Of a stretch of DNA of 64,000 nt, positions 45,901-61,000 are shown piece by piece. Location of the stretch: assembly GCF_009914755.1 (NCBI RefSeq), contig NC_060940.1; one strand, given 5' to 3'. How positions within the stretch are numbered: the stretch's first letter is position 1; each line of letters opens with the position of its first letter. Position numbers and translations under genes: made by a program. Source of the DNA: the human T2T-CHM13v2.0 reference genome, Homo sapiens. The notes beneath the pieces were generated by a model. That model had not been told where the DNA came from. It made no database searches and worked only from the letters and a program-made list of their open reading frames with translations.

Positions 45901-48900
45901 ATTCCATTCTGTGATGATTCCATGTGATTGCATTCAATGATGATTCCTTTCGATTGCATTCGATTATGATTCATTTCGTGTTCATTCTATGGTTCCACAG
46001 GTTTCCATTCGTGTCCATTCCATTATTCCATTCTATTCCATTTGATGATGATTCCATTCGATTCCATTCATTGGTGATTCCACTCAATTCCATTCAATGA
46101 TTCCATTCCATTTCTTTCAACAATGATTCCATTAGTTTCTAATCGATGATCCACTTGATTCCATTTGACGACGATTCCATTCTTGTCCATTCGATGATTC
46201 CATTTGATTCCATATGATGATGATTCCATTCGATTCCATACCATGATGATTCCATTCGAGTCCATTCAATGGTGATTCCATTCAATTCCATTCGATGATT
46301 CCTTTTGATTCCATTCGATGATGATGGCATTCGATTCCTTTCAATCATTCCCTTTGATTCCATTCAAAGGTGATTTCATTCAAGTCCATTCGATAATTGC
46401 ATTCGATTCCATTCTATGATGATTCCATTCGAGTCCATTTGATGATTCCATTCAATTCAAGTCAATGATGATTCCATTCGATTCCATTCGATGATTCCAT
46501 TGGATTCCATTCGATGATGATTCCATTCAAATCCATTCGATAATTCAATTCAAGTCCATTCGATGATGATTCCAATCGAATCCATTCAAAGATTCCATTC
46601 AGTTCCATTCGATGATTCCCTTAGATTCCATTCGATGATTCCACTTGATTGCATTTACGATGATTCCATTCGATTCCATGTGATGATTCCATTCAATTCT
46701 ATTCAATGATGTCTCCATTTGATTCCATTCGACCATGATTGCCTTTGATTCCATTCAATGATTCCATTCGGTTCCGTTTGATGATGATTCCGTTCGATTC
46801 CATTTGATGATTCCATTTGATTCCATTGGATGAGTCCATTCGATTACATTCGATGATTATTCCATTCGAGTGCATTAGATGATTCCATTCGAGTCCATTC
46901 GATGATTCCATTCGATTCCATTCAATGTTGATTCTGTTCAAATCCATTCGATGATTCCACTCGATTCCATTCGTTGACTCCATTTGATCCCATTCGATGA
47001 TTTCCTTTGATTCCCTTTGATGATCATTCCATTTGATTCAATTCGGTGATTTCATTTGATTCCATTCAGTGATGTTTCCATTCGACTCCATTCGATGATG
47101 ATTCCATTCGACTCCATTCGATTATGATTTCATTCAATTCCATTCGATAATGATTCCCTTCGAGTCCATTCGATGATTCCATTCGATTCCATTCAACGAT
47201 GATTTGATTCGTGTCCATTCGATGATTCCATTTGATTCCACTTGATGATGATTCCATTCGAGTCCATTTGATGATTCCATTCAATTCCATACTCCGATGA
47301 TTTCTTTTGAGCCCACTCAATGCTTCCACTCGATTCCATATGATGATGACTCCATTCGATGAAATTCGATGATGATTCCATTCGCTTGCTTTCGATGATG
47401 ATTCCACTTGAGTCCGTTAGAAGATTCTATTCAATTACATTCCATGACGATTCCGTTCGAGTCCATTTGATGATTCCATTAGACTCCATTCGACGATGAT
47501 TCCATTCGATGTTATTCGATGATTCCATTCGATCTCATTCGATGATGATTCCATTCAACTCCATTCGATGTTTCCATTCGAGTTCATTCTATTATTCCAT
47601 TAGATTCCATTCGATGATGATTCCATTCGATTCCATTTGATGATTGCATTCTATTTCATTTGATGATGATTCCATTCGAGTCCACTCGATGATTCCATTC
47701 GAGTCCATTTAATGAATCCATTGGTTTCAATTCTATGATGATTACATTGGATTCCATTCGTTGATGATTTCATTCGGTTCCATTCAATGATGATTCCATT
47801 CAATTCCTTTCAATGTTTCCATTCAATTCCATACGATGATGATTCCATTTGATTTGATTCGACAGTGAGCCATTCGATTCAATTCCATGATGATTCTATT
47901 TGATTCAATTGGTTGACATTTCCATTCGATTCCATTCGATGATGATTCCCTTTGATTCCGTTCAAAGATGATTCCATTCTAGCCCATTCAATCATTCCAT
48001 TCGATTCTATTCAATGATGATTCCATTCATGTCGATTTGGTGATTCCATTTGACTTCATTTGATGATGATTCCTTTCAAGTTCATTAGATGATTCCATTC
48101 GATTCCATTTGATGATGATCCCATTCGAGTCCATTCAGTGATTCCATTCGTTTCCATTCCATGATGATTCCATTCCTTTCCATTCAATGATTCCATTCGA
48201 TTCCGTTTGATGATGATTTCATTCGAGTCCATTTGATGATTCCATTTGATTCCATTCGATGATGATTCCATTCGAGTCCATTCGATGATTCTATTCGAAT
48301 CCATTTGATGATTTCTTTTGATTATATTTGGTGATGATTCCATTGGAGTCCATTCAATGATTCCATTCTATTCCAATCGATGATGATTCCATTAGAGTCC
48401 AGTTAATGATTCCATTTGATTCCAGTCTCTGATGATTACATTCGAGTCCATACGATGATTCCACTCAATTCCATATGATGATGATTCCATTTGATTCCAT
48501 TCGGTGATTCCGTTCTATTCTATTCAATGGTGATTCCATTCGAGTACATTAGATGATTCCATTCGATTCCATTCAATGATGATTCTATTTGTGTCCCTTA
48601 GATGATTCCACATGATTCCATTAGATGATGATACTATTTGAGCCCATCCAATGATTCCCTTCGATTCCATTCGATGAGGATTCCATTCGATTCAATTCAT
48701 TGGTGATTCTATTCAATTCAATTCTTTGATTCCATTCCATTCCATTCGACAATGATTCCATTCGATTTCTTTCGATGATTCCACTCGATTCCACTTGACA
48801 TTGATTCCATTCGATTCCATTCAATGATTCCATTTGATTCCAGTGGATGATGATTGCCATCGATTCCATTCGATCACTCCATTCTATTCCATTTGATGAT

Positions 48901-51900
48901 GATTACATTCGATTCCATTTGATGATTCCATCTGATTCTATTCGAGGATTCCATTTGATTCCATTCGATGATGATTCCATTCGAGTCCATTCGATGATTT
49001 CATTCCAGTACATCCAATGATTCCATTCGAGTCCATTAGATGATTCCATTTGATTCCATTTGAAAATGATTCTACTAGAGTCCATTCAAAGACTCCATTC
49101 GAGTCCATTCAACAATTCCATTCGACTCCATTCGATGATTCCATTCGATTCCATTTGATGGTTCCATTCGAGTCCATTTAATCATTACAGTCGAGTCCAT
49201 TTGGTGATTCCACTGGATTTCTTTTGATAATGATACCATTCAATTACATTTGATGATGATCCCATTCAACTTCATTTGATGATGATTCCATTAGAGTCCA
49301 TTCGATGATTTCATTCGAGTCCCTTCATTGATTCCATCCGATTTCATTGGATGATGACTCCATTCGAGTCCATTCGATGATTCCACTCGATTCCATTAGA
49401 TGACTCCATTGGAGTCCATTTGATTGTTCCATTCGATTCCATTCGATTCCTTTCGAAGATTATTCCATTTGAGTCCATTCGATGATGATTCCATTCCATT
49501 CCATTCGATGATTCCGTTTGATTCCATTCGATGATTCCCTTCGATTCCTTTCTTTGATGATTCCATTCCATTCCATTCAATGATTCCATTCGAATCTATT
49601 CCATGATGATTCCTTTCGATTCCATTCGCTGATGTTTCCGTTCAATTCCATTCGATGATGATTCCATTCGATTCCATTCAATGATTGCATTCAATTCCAT
49701 TCAATGATTATCCCATTAGAGTAAACTCAACGATTCCATTCAATACCATTCGATGATGATTCCTTTTGAGTCCATTCAATGATTTCATTCAAGTCCATTT
49801 GATGATTCCTTTCAATTCCATTCTATGATGATTCCATTCGAGTCCATTCGATGATTCCATTCGATTGCATTTGATGATTCCATTATATTCCATTCAACGG
49901 TGTTTCCATTCGAGTCCATTCCATGATTCCATTAGAGTACATTTAATGATTGCTTTGTTTTCAATTCGAAGATGATTACATTGGATTCCATTCTATGATA
50001 CCATTCGATTCCATTCAATGATGATTCCACTCAAATCCATTGGATGATTCCATTCGTGTCCATTCGGTGATTTCATTAGATTCCATTCGAGGATGATTCC
50101 ATTCGATTCCATTCGATGATTCCATTCAATTCCATTCGATGATGATTCCATTCCAGTCCATATGATCATTCCATTTGATTTCATTCGATGATGATTCCAT
50201 TCGATTCCATTCGACGATTCCATTCTATTCCATTCGATGATGATTCCATTCGAGTCCATTCGATGATTCCATTCGAGTCCATTTAATGATTCCATTGGGT
50301 TCAATTCAATGATGATTACATTGGATTCCGTTCTATGATTCCATTCAATTCCGTTCATTGACAATTTGATTCCATTCGATGATGATTCCATTTGAGTTCA
50401 TTCGATGATTCTATTCGATTCTCTTCGATGGTGATTCAATTCTATTATATTGGATGATTCCATTCGATTCCACTTGATGTTGATTCAATTCGATTCTATT
50501 CGATGATGATTCCATTGGATTTCACTTGATGATTCTATTCGATTCCATTCAATGATGATTCACTTCTCGTCCATTGGATGATTCCATTTCATTCCATTCG
50601 ATGATGATTCCATTCGATTCCATTCGATGATTCCATTTGATTCCATGCGACGGTGAGCAATTCGATTCAATTCCATGATGATTCTATTTGATTCAATTAG
50701 ATGATGTTTCCATTCGAATCCATTCCATGATTATTCCATTGGAATCCATTCGGCGATGATTCCATATGAGTCAATTCAATGATGATTCCATATGGGTCCG
50801 TTCGATGATAATTCCATTTGATTTCATTCGATGCTTCTATTCTATTCCAGTCGATGATGATTCCGTTGGTGTCCATACGATGATTCCATTTGATTTCATT
50901 TGATGATGATTCCATTCGATGATGATTACATTGGATTCCATTCTATGATTCCATTCAATTCCATTCGTTGATGATTCGATTCCATTCAATGATGATTCCA
51001 TTTGAGTTCATTCGATGATTCTATTCGATTCCGTTCGATGGTGATTCAATTCTATTATATTGGATGATTCCACTCGATTCCATTTGATGATTATTCCATT
51101 GGAGTCCACTTAGTGAATCCTTTAGATTCTACTCGACGATGATTCCATTCGAGTCCATTCGATGATACCATTCAATTCCATTCGTTGATGCTTCCATTCA
51201 AGTGCATTCGATGATATCATTCGATTCCATTTGATGATAATTCCATTTGATTCCATGCGATGATTCTATTCGATTCCATTCAATGATAATTCCATTCAAT
51301 TCAGTGATTCCTCTGGACTCCATTTGATGATGATTCCATTCAATGATTCCATTCGATTCTATTCGAAAATGATTCCATTTGAATCCATTTGATGATGATT
51401 CCATTAGATTCCATTTGATGATTCCATTCGATTCCATTCGACGATGATTCCATTCGATTCCGTTTGATGATTCCATTCTATTCTATTCGATGATGATTCC
51501 ATTCGATTCCATTCGATGATGATTGGATTCGATTCCATTTGATGATTTCATTTGATTCCATTCGTTAATGATTTCGATCAATTCCATTCGATGATTCCAT
51601 TCGATTCCATTCGATAATGATTACATCCGAGTCCATTCGATGATTCCCTTTGAGCCTGTTCGATAATTCCATTTGAGTCCAACCAATGATTCCATTCATT
51701 TCCATTCAATGATTCCATTCGAGTCCATTTGATCATTCCGGTAGGGTCCATTCGATGTTGATTCCATTGGAGTGCATTCGATGATTCCATTCGAGTCCAT
51801 TTTAGGATTTGATTCGAGTCCTTTCGACGATTCCATTCGATTCCACTCGATGATGATTTCATTCGAGTCCATTCGACACTTCCAATCGATTCCATTTGAT

Positions 51901-54900
51901 GATTCCATTCGAGTCCAATTGATGATTCCATTCAATTCCATTCGATGATGATTCCGTACGATTCCATTCTGTGATGATTCCATGTGATTGCATTCAATGA
52001 TGATTCCTTTCGATTGCATTCGATTATGATTCATTTCGTGTTCATTCTATGGTTCCACAGGTTTCCATTCGTGTCCATTCCATTATTCCATTCTATTCCA
52101 TTTGATGATGATTCCATTCGATTCCATTCATTGGTGATTCCACTCAATTCCATTCAATGATTCCATTCCATTTCTTTCAACAATGATTCCATTAGTTTCT
52201 AATCGATGATCCACTTGATTCCATTTGACGACGATTCCATTCTTGTCCATTCGATGATTCCATTTGATTCCATATGATGATGATTCCATTCGATTCCATA
52301 CCATGATGATTCCATTCGAGTCCATTCAATGGTGATTCCATTCAATTCCATTCGATGATTCCTTTTGATTCCATTCGATGATGATGGCATTCGATTCCTT
52401 TCAATCATTCCCTTTGATTCCATTCAAAGGTGATTTCATTCAAGTCCATTCGATAATTGCATTCGATTCCATTCTATGATGATTCCATTCGAGTCCATTT
52501 GATGATTCCATTCAATTCAAGTCAATGATGATTCCATTCGATTCCATTCGATGATTCCATTGGATTCCATTCGATGATGATTCCATTCAAATCCATTCGA
52601 TAATTCAATTCAAGTCCATTCGATGATGATTCCAATCGAATCCATTCAAAGATTCCATTCAGTTCCATTCGATGATTCCCTTAGATTCCATTCGATGATT
52701 CCACTTGATTGCATTTACGATGATTCCATTCGATTCCATGTGATGATTCCATTCAATTCTATTCAATGATGTCTCCATTTGATTCCATTCGACCATGATT
52801 GCCTTTGATTCCATTCAATGATTCCATTCGGTTCCGTTTGATGATGATTCCGTTCGATTCCATTTGATGATTCCATTTGATTCCATTGGATGAGTCCATT
52901 CGATTACATTCGATGATTATTCCATTCGAGTGCATTAGATGATTCCATTCGAGTCCATTCGATGATTCCATTCGATTCCATTCAATGTTGATTCTGTTCA
53001 AATCCATTCGATGATTCCACTCGATTCCATTCGTTGACTCCATTTGATCCCATTCGATGATTTCCTTTGATTCCCTTTGATGATCATTCCATTTGATTCA
53101 ATTCGGTGATTTCATTTGATTCCATTCAGTGATGTTTCCATTCGACTCCATTCGATGATGATTCCATTCGACTCCATTCGATTATGATTTCATTCAATTC
53201 CATTCGATAATGATTCCCTTCGAGTCCATTCGATGATTCCATTCGATTCCATTCAACGATGATTTGATTCGTGTCCATTCGATGATTCCATTTGATTCCA
53301 CTTGATGATGATTCCATTCGAGTCCATTTGATGATTCCATTCAATTCCATACTCCGATGATTTCTTTTGAGCCCACTCAATGCTTCCACTCGATTCCATA
53401 TGATGATGACTCCATTCGATGAAATTCGATGATGATTCCATTCGCTTGCTTTCGATGATGATTCCACTTGAGTCCGTTAGAAGATTCTATTCAATTACAT
53501 TCCATGACGATTCCGTTCGAGTCCATTTGATGATTCCATTAGACTCCATTCGACGATGATTCCATTCGATGTTATTCGATGATTCCATTCGATCTCATTC
53601 GATGATGATTCCATTCAACTCCATTCGATGTTTCCATTCGAGTTCATTCTATTATTCCATTAGATTCCATTCGATGATGATTCCATTCGATTCCATTTGA
53701 TGATTGCATTCTATTTCATTTGATGATGATTCCATTCGAGTCCACTCGATGATTCCATTCGAGTCCATTTAATGAATCCATTGGTTTCAATTCTATGATG
53801 ATTACATTGGATTCCATTCGTTGATGATTTCATTCGGTTCCATTCAATGATGATTCCATTCAATTCCTTTCAATGTTTCCATTCAATTCCATACGATGAT
53901 GATTCCATTTGATTTGATTCGACAGTGAGCCATTCGATTCAATTCCATGATGATTCTATTTGATTCAATTGGTTGACATTTCCATTCGATTCCATTCGAT
54001 GATGATTCCCTTTGATTCCGTTCAAAGATGATTCCATTCTAGCCCATTCAATCATTCCATTCGATTCTATTCAATGATGATTCCATTCATGTCGATTTGG
54101 TGATTCCATTTGACTTCATTTGATGATGATTCCTTTCAAGTTCATTAGATGATTCCATTCGATTCCATTTGATGATGATCCCATTCGAGTCCATTCAGTG
54201 ATTCCATTCGTTTCCATTCCATGATGATTCCATTCCTTTCCATTCAATGATTCCATTCGATTCCGTTTGATGATGATTTCATTCGAGTCCATTTGATGAT
54301 TCCATTTGATTCCATTCGATGATGATTCCATTCGAGTCCATTCGATGATTCTATTCGAATCCATTTGATGATTTCTTTTGATTATATTTGGTGATGATTC
54401 CATTGGAGTCCATTCAATGATTCCATTCTATTCCAATCGATGATGATTCCATTAGAGTCCAGTTAATGATTCCATTTGATTCCAGTCTCTGATGATTACA
54501 TTCGAGTCCATACGATGATTCCACTCAATTCCATATGATGATGATTCCATTTGATTCCATTCGGTGATTCCATTCTATTCTATTCAATGGTGATTCCATT
54601 CGAGTACATTAGATGATTCCATTCGATTCCATTCAATGATGATTCTATTTGTGTCCCTTAGATGATTCCACATGATTCCATTAGATGATGATACTATTTG
54701 AGCCCATCCAATGATTCCCTTCGATTCCATTCGATGAGGATTCCATTCGATTCAATTCATTGGTGATTCTATTCAATTCAATTCTTTGATTCCATTCCAT
54801 TCCATTCGACAATGATTCCATTCGATTTCTTTCGATGATTCCACTCGATTCCACTTGACATTGATTCCATTCGATTCCATTCAATGATTCCATTTGATTC

Positions 54901-57900
54901 CAGTGGATGATGATTGCCATCGATTCCATTCGATCACTCCATTCTATTCCATTTGATGATGATTACATTCGATTCCATTTGATGATTCCATCTGATTCTA
55001 TTCGAGGATTCCATTTGATTCCATTCGATGATGATTCCATTCGAGTCCATTCGATGATTTCATTCCAGTACATCCAATGATTCCATTCGAGTCCATTAGA
55101 TGATTCCATTTGATTCCATTTGAAAATGATTCTACTAGAGTCCATTCAAAGACTCCATTCGAGTCCATTCAACAATTCCATTCGACTCCATTCGATGATT
55201 CCATTCGATTCCATTTGATGGTTCCATTCGAGTCCATTTAATCATTACAGTCGAGTCCATTTGGTGATTCCACTGGATTTCTTTTGATAATGATACCATT
55301 CAATTACATTTGATGATGATCCCATTCAACTTCATTTGATGATGATTCCATTAGAGTCCATTCGATGATTTCATTCGAGTCCCTTCATTGATTCCATCCG
55401 ATTTCATTGGATGATGACTCCATTCGAGTCCATTCGATGATTCCACTCGATTCCATTAGATGACTCCATTGGAGTCCATTTGATTGTTCCATTCGATTCC
55501 ATTCGATTCCTTTCGAAGATTATTCCATTTGAGTCCATTCGATGATGATTCCATTCCATTCCATTCGATGATTCCGTTTGATTCCATTCGATGATTCCCT
55601 TCGATTCCTTTCTTTGATGATTCCATTCCATTCCATTCAATGATTCCATTCGAATCTATTCCATGATGATTCCTTTCGATTCCATTCGCTGATGTTTCCG
55701 TTCAATTCCATTCGATGATGATTCCATTCGATTCCATTCAATGATTGCATTCAATTCCATTCAATGATTATCCCATTAGAGTAAACTCAACGATTCCATT
55801 CAATACCATTCGATGATGATTCCTTTTGAGTCCATTCAATGATTTCATTCAAGTCCATTTGATGATTCCTTTCAATTCCATTCTATGATGATTCCATTCG
55901 AGTCCATTCGATGATTCCATTCGATTGCATTCGATGATTCCATTATATTCCATTCAACGGTGTTTCCATTCGAGTCCATTCCATGATTCCATTAGAGTAC
56001 ATTTAATGATTGCTTTGTTTTCAATTCGAAGATGATTACATTGGATTCCATTCTATGATACCATTCGATTCCATTCAATGATGATTCCACACAAATCCAT
56101 TGGATGATTCCATTCGTGTCCATTCGGTGATTTCATTAGATTCCATTCGAGGATGATTCCATTCGATTCCATTCGATGATTGCATTCAATTCCTTTCGAT
56201 GATGATTCCATTCCAGTCCATATGATCATTCCATTTGATTTCATTCGATGATGATTCCATTCGATTCCATTCGACGATTCCATTCTATTCCATTCGATGA
56301 TGATTCCATTCGAGTCCATTCGATGATTCCATTCGAGTCCATTTAATGATTCCATTGGGTTCAATTCAATGATGATTACATTGGATTCCGTTCTATGATT
56401 CCATTCAATTCCGTTCATTGACAATTTGATTCCATTCGATGATGATTCCATTTGAGTTCATTCGATGATTCTATTCGATTCTCTTCGATGGTGATTCAAT
56501 TCTATTATATTGGATGATTCCATTCGATTCCATTTGATGTTGATTCAATTCGATTCTATTCGATGATGATTCCATTGGATTTCACTTGATGATTCTATTC
56601 GATTCCATTCAATGATGATTCACTTCTCGTCCATTGGATGATTCCATTTCATTCCATTCGATGATGATTCCATTCGATTCCATTCGATGATTCCATTTGA
56701 TTCCATGCGACGGTGAGCAATTCGATTCAATTCCATGATGATTCTATTTGATTCAATTAGATGATGTTTCCATTCGAATCCATTCCATGATTATTCCATT
56801 GGAATCCATTCGGCGATGATTCCATATGAGTCAATTCAATGATGATTCCATATGGGTCCGTTCGATGATAATTCCATTTGATTTCATTCGATGCTTCTAT
56901 TCTATTCCAGTCGATGATGATTCCGTTGGAGTCCATACGATGATTCCATTTGATTTCATTTGATGATGATTCCATTCGATGATGATTACATTGGATTCCA
57001 TTCTATGATTCCATTCAATTCCATTCGTTGATGATTCGATTCCATTCAATGATGATTCCATTTGAGTTCATTCGATGATTCTATTCGATTCCGTTCGATG
57101 GTGATTCAATTCTATTATATTGGATGATTCCACTCGATTCCATTTGATGATTATTCCATTGGAGTCCACTTAGTGAATCCTTTAGATTCTACTCGACGAT
57201 GATTCCATTCGAGTCCATTCGATGATACCATTCAATTCCATTCGTTGATGCTTCCATTCAAGTGCATTCGATGATATCATTCGATTCCATTTGATGATAA
57301 TTCCATTTGATTCCATGCGATGATTCTATTCGATTCCATTCAATGATAATTCCATTCAATTCAGTGATTCCTCTGGACTCCATTTGATGATGATTCCATT
57401 CAATGATTCCATTCGATTCTATTCGAAAATGATTCCATTTGAATCCATTTGATGATGATTCCATTAGATTCCATTTGATGATTCCATTCGATTCCATTCG
57501 ACGATGATTCCATTCGATTCCGTTTGATGATTCCATTCTATTCTATTCGATGATGATTCCATTCGATTCCATTCGATGATGATTGGATTCGATTCCATTT
57601 GATGATTTCATTTGATTCCATTCGTTAATGATTTCGATCAATTCCATTCGATGATTCCATTCGATTCCATTCGATAATGATTACATCCGAGTCCATTCGA
57701 TGATTCCCTTTGAGCCTGTTCGATAATTCCATTTGAGTCCAACCAATGATTCCATTCATTTCCATTCAATGATTCCATTCGAGTCCATTTGATCATTCCG
57801 GTAGGGTCCATTCGATGTTGATTCCATTGGAGTGCATTCGATGATTCCATTCGAGTCCATTTTATGATTTGATTCGAGTCCTTTCGACGATTCCATTCGA

Positions 57901-58095
57901 TTCCACTCGATGATGATTTCATTCGAGTCCATTCGACACTTCCAATCGATTCCATTTGATGATTCCATTCGAGTCCAATTGATGATTCCATTCAATTCCA
58001 TTCGATGATGATTCCGTACGATTCCATTCTGTGATGATTCCATGTGATTGCATTCAATGATGATTCCTTTCGATTGCATTCGATTATGATTCATT
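39916..58095 (+). repeat. Units U8-U10, three 6060-bp variants sharing a 52-bp deletion
   Basis: ORF gap is 701 for 37172 to 37873 but 649 for 43284 to 43933. The TTGAGGATTCC...CTATTCCATTCA segment is absent at ~43620, 49680 and 55740. Confidence 0.92.
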
Positions 58096-61000
58096 TCGTG
58101 TTCATTCTATGGTTCCACAGGTTTCCATTCGTGTCCATTCCATTATTCCATTCTATTCCATTTGATGATGATTCCATTCGATTCCATTCATTGGTGATTC
58201 CACTCAATTCCATTCAATGATTCCATTCCATTTCTTTCAACAATGATTCCATTAGTTTCTAATCGATGATCCACTTGATTCCATTTGACGACGATTCCAT
58301 TCTTGTCCATTCGATGATTCCATTTGATTCCATATGATGATGATTCCATTCGATTCCATACCATGATGATTCCATTCGAGTCCATTCAATGGTGATTCCA
58401 TTCAATTCCATTCGATGATTCCTTTTGATTCCATTCGATGATGATGGCATTCGATTCCTTTCAATCATTCCCTTTGATTCCATTCAAAGGTGATTTCATT
58501 CAAGTCCATTCGATAATTGCATTCGATTCCATTCTATGATGATTCCATTCGAGTCCATTTGATGATTCCATTCAATTCAAGTCAATGATGATTCCATTCG
58601 ATTCCATTCGATGATTCCATTGGATTCCATTCGATGATGATTCCATTCAAATCCATTCGATAATTCAATTCAAGTCCATTCGATGATGATTCCAATCGAA
58701 TCCATTCAAAGATTCCATTCAGTTCCATTCGATGATTCCCTTAGATTCCATTCGATGATTCCACTTGATTGCATTTACGATGATTCCATTCGATTCCATG
58801 TGATGATTCCATTCAATTCTATTCAATGATGTCTCCATTTGATTCCATTCGACCATGATTGCCTTTGATTCCATTCAATGATTCCATTCGGTTCCGTTTG
58901 ATGATGATTCCGTTCGATTCCATTTGATGATTCCATTTGATTCCATTGGATGAGTCCATTCGATTACATTCGATGATTATTCCATTCGAGTGCATTAGAT
59001 GATTCCATTCGAGTCCATTCGATGATTCCATTCGATTCCATTCAATGTTGATTCTGTTCAAATCCATTCGATGATTCCACTCGATTCCATTCGTTGACTC
59101 CATTTGATCCCATTCGATGATTTCCTTTGATTCCCTTTGATGATCATTCCATTTGATTCAATTCGGTGATTTCATTTGATTCCATTCAGTGATGTTTCCA
59201 TTCGACTCCATTCGATGATGATTCCATTCGACTCCATTCGATTATGATTTCATTCAATTCCATTCGATAATGATTCCCTTCGAGTCCATTCGATGATTCC
59301 ATTCGATTCCATTCAACGATGATTTGATTCGTGTCCATTCGATGATTCCATTTGATTCCACTTGATGATGATTCCATTCGAGTCCATTTGATGATTCCAT
59401 TCAATTCCATACTCCGATGATTTCTTTTGAGCCCACTCAATGCTTCCACTCGATTCCATATGATGATGACTCCATTCGATGAAATTCGATGATGATTCCA
59501 TTCGCTTGCTTTCGATGATGATTCCACTTGAGTCCGTTAGAAGATTCTATTCAATTACATTCCATGACGATTCCGTTCGAGTCCATTTGATGATTCCATT
59601 AGACTCCATTCGACGATGATTCCATTCGATGTTATTCGATGATTCCATTCGATCTCATTCGATGATGATTCCATTCAACTCCATTCGATGTTTCCATTCG
59701 AGTTCATTCTATTATTCCATTAGATTCCATTCGATGATGATTCCATTCGATTCCATTTGATGATTGCATTCTATTTCATTTGATGATGATTCCATTCGAG
59801 TCCACTCGATGATTCCATTCGAGTCCATTTAATGAATCCATTGGTTTCAATTCTATGATGATTACATTGGATTCCATTCGTTGATGATTTCATTCGGTTC
59901 CATTCAATGATGATTCCATTCAATTCCTTTCAATGTTTCCATTCAATTCCATACGATGATGATTCCATTTGATTTGATTCGACAGTGAGCCATTCGATTC
60001 AATTCCATGATGATTCTATTTGATTCAATTGGTTGACATTTCCATTCGATTCCATTCGATGATGATTCCCTTTGATTCCGTTCCAAGATGATTCCATTCT
60101 AGCCCATTCAATCATTCCATTCGATTCTATTCAATGATGATTCCATTCATGTCGATTTGGTGATTCCATTTGACTTCATTTGATGATGATTCCTTTCAAG
60201 TTCATTAGATGATTCCATTCGATTCCATTTGATGATGATCCCATTCGAGTCCATTCAGTGATTCCATTCGTTTCCATTCCATGATGATTCCATTCCTTTC
60301 CATTCAATGATTCCATTCGATTCCGTTTGATGATGATTTCATTCGAGTCCATTTGATGATTCCATTTGATTCCATTCGATGATGATTCCATTCGAGTCCA
60401 TTCGATGATTCTATTCGAATCCATTTGATGATTTCTTTTGATTATATTTGGTGATGATTCCATTGGAGTCCATTCAATGATTCCATTCTATTCCAATCGA
60501 TGATGATTCCATTAGAGTCCAGTTAATGATTCCATTTGATTCCAGTCTCTGATGATTACATTCGAGTCCATACGATGATTCCACTCAATTCCATATGATG
60601 ATGATTCCATTTGATTCCATTCGGTGATTCCATTCTATTCTATTCAATGGTGATTCCATTCGAGTACATTAGATGATTCCATTCGATTCCATTCAATGAT
60701 GATTCTATTTGTGTCCCTTAGATGATTCCACATGATTCCATTAGATGATGATACTATTTGAGCCCATCCAATGATTCCCTTCGATTCCATTCGATGAGGA
60801 TTCCATTCGATTCAATTCATTGGTGATTCTATTCAATTCAATTCTTTGATTCCATTCCATTCCATTCGACAATGATTCCATTCGATTTCTTTCGATGATT
60901 CCACTCGATTCCACTTGACATTGATTCCATTCGATTCCATTCAATGATTCCATTTGATTCCAGTGGATGATGATTGCCATCGATTCCATTCGATCACTCC

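Noticed and set aside
39576-58094. Artificial or assembly-duplicated perfect copies
   Set aside because: Adjacent units differ by private SNPs (e.g. GATGATGCC at ~44399, CACACAAATCC at ~56090), consistent with real copies, although read-level validation was not possible.
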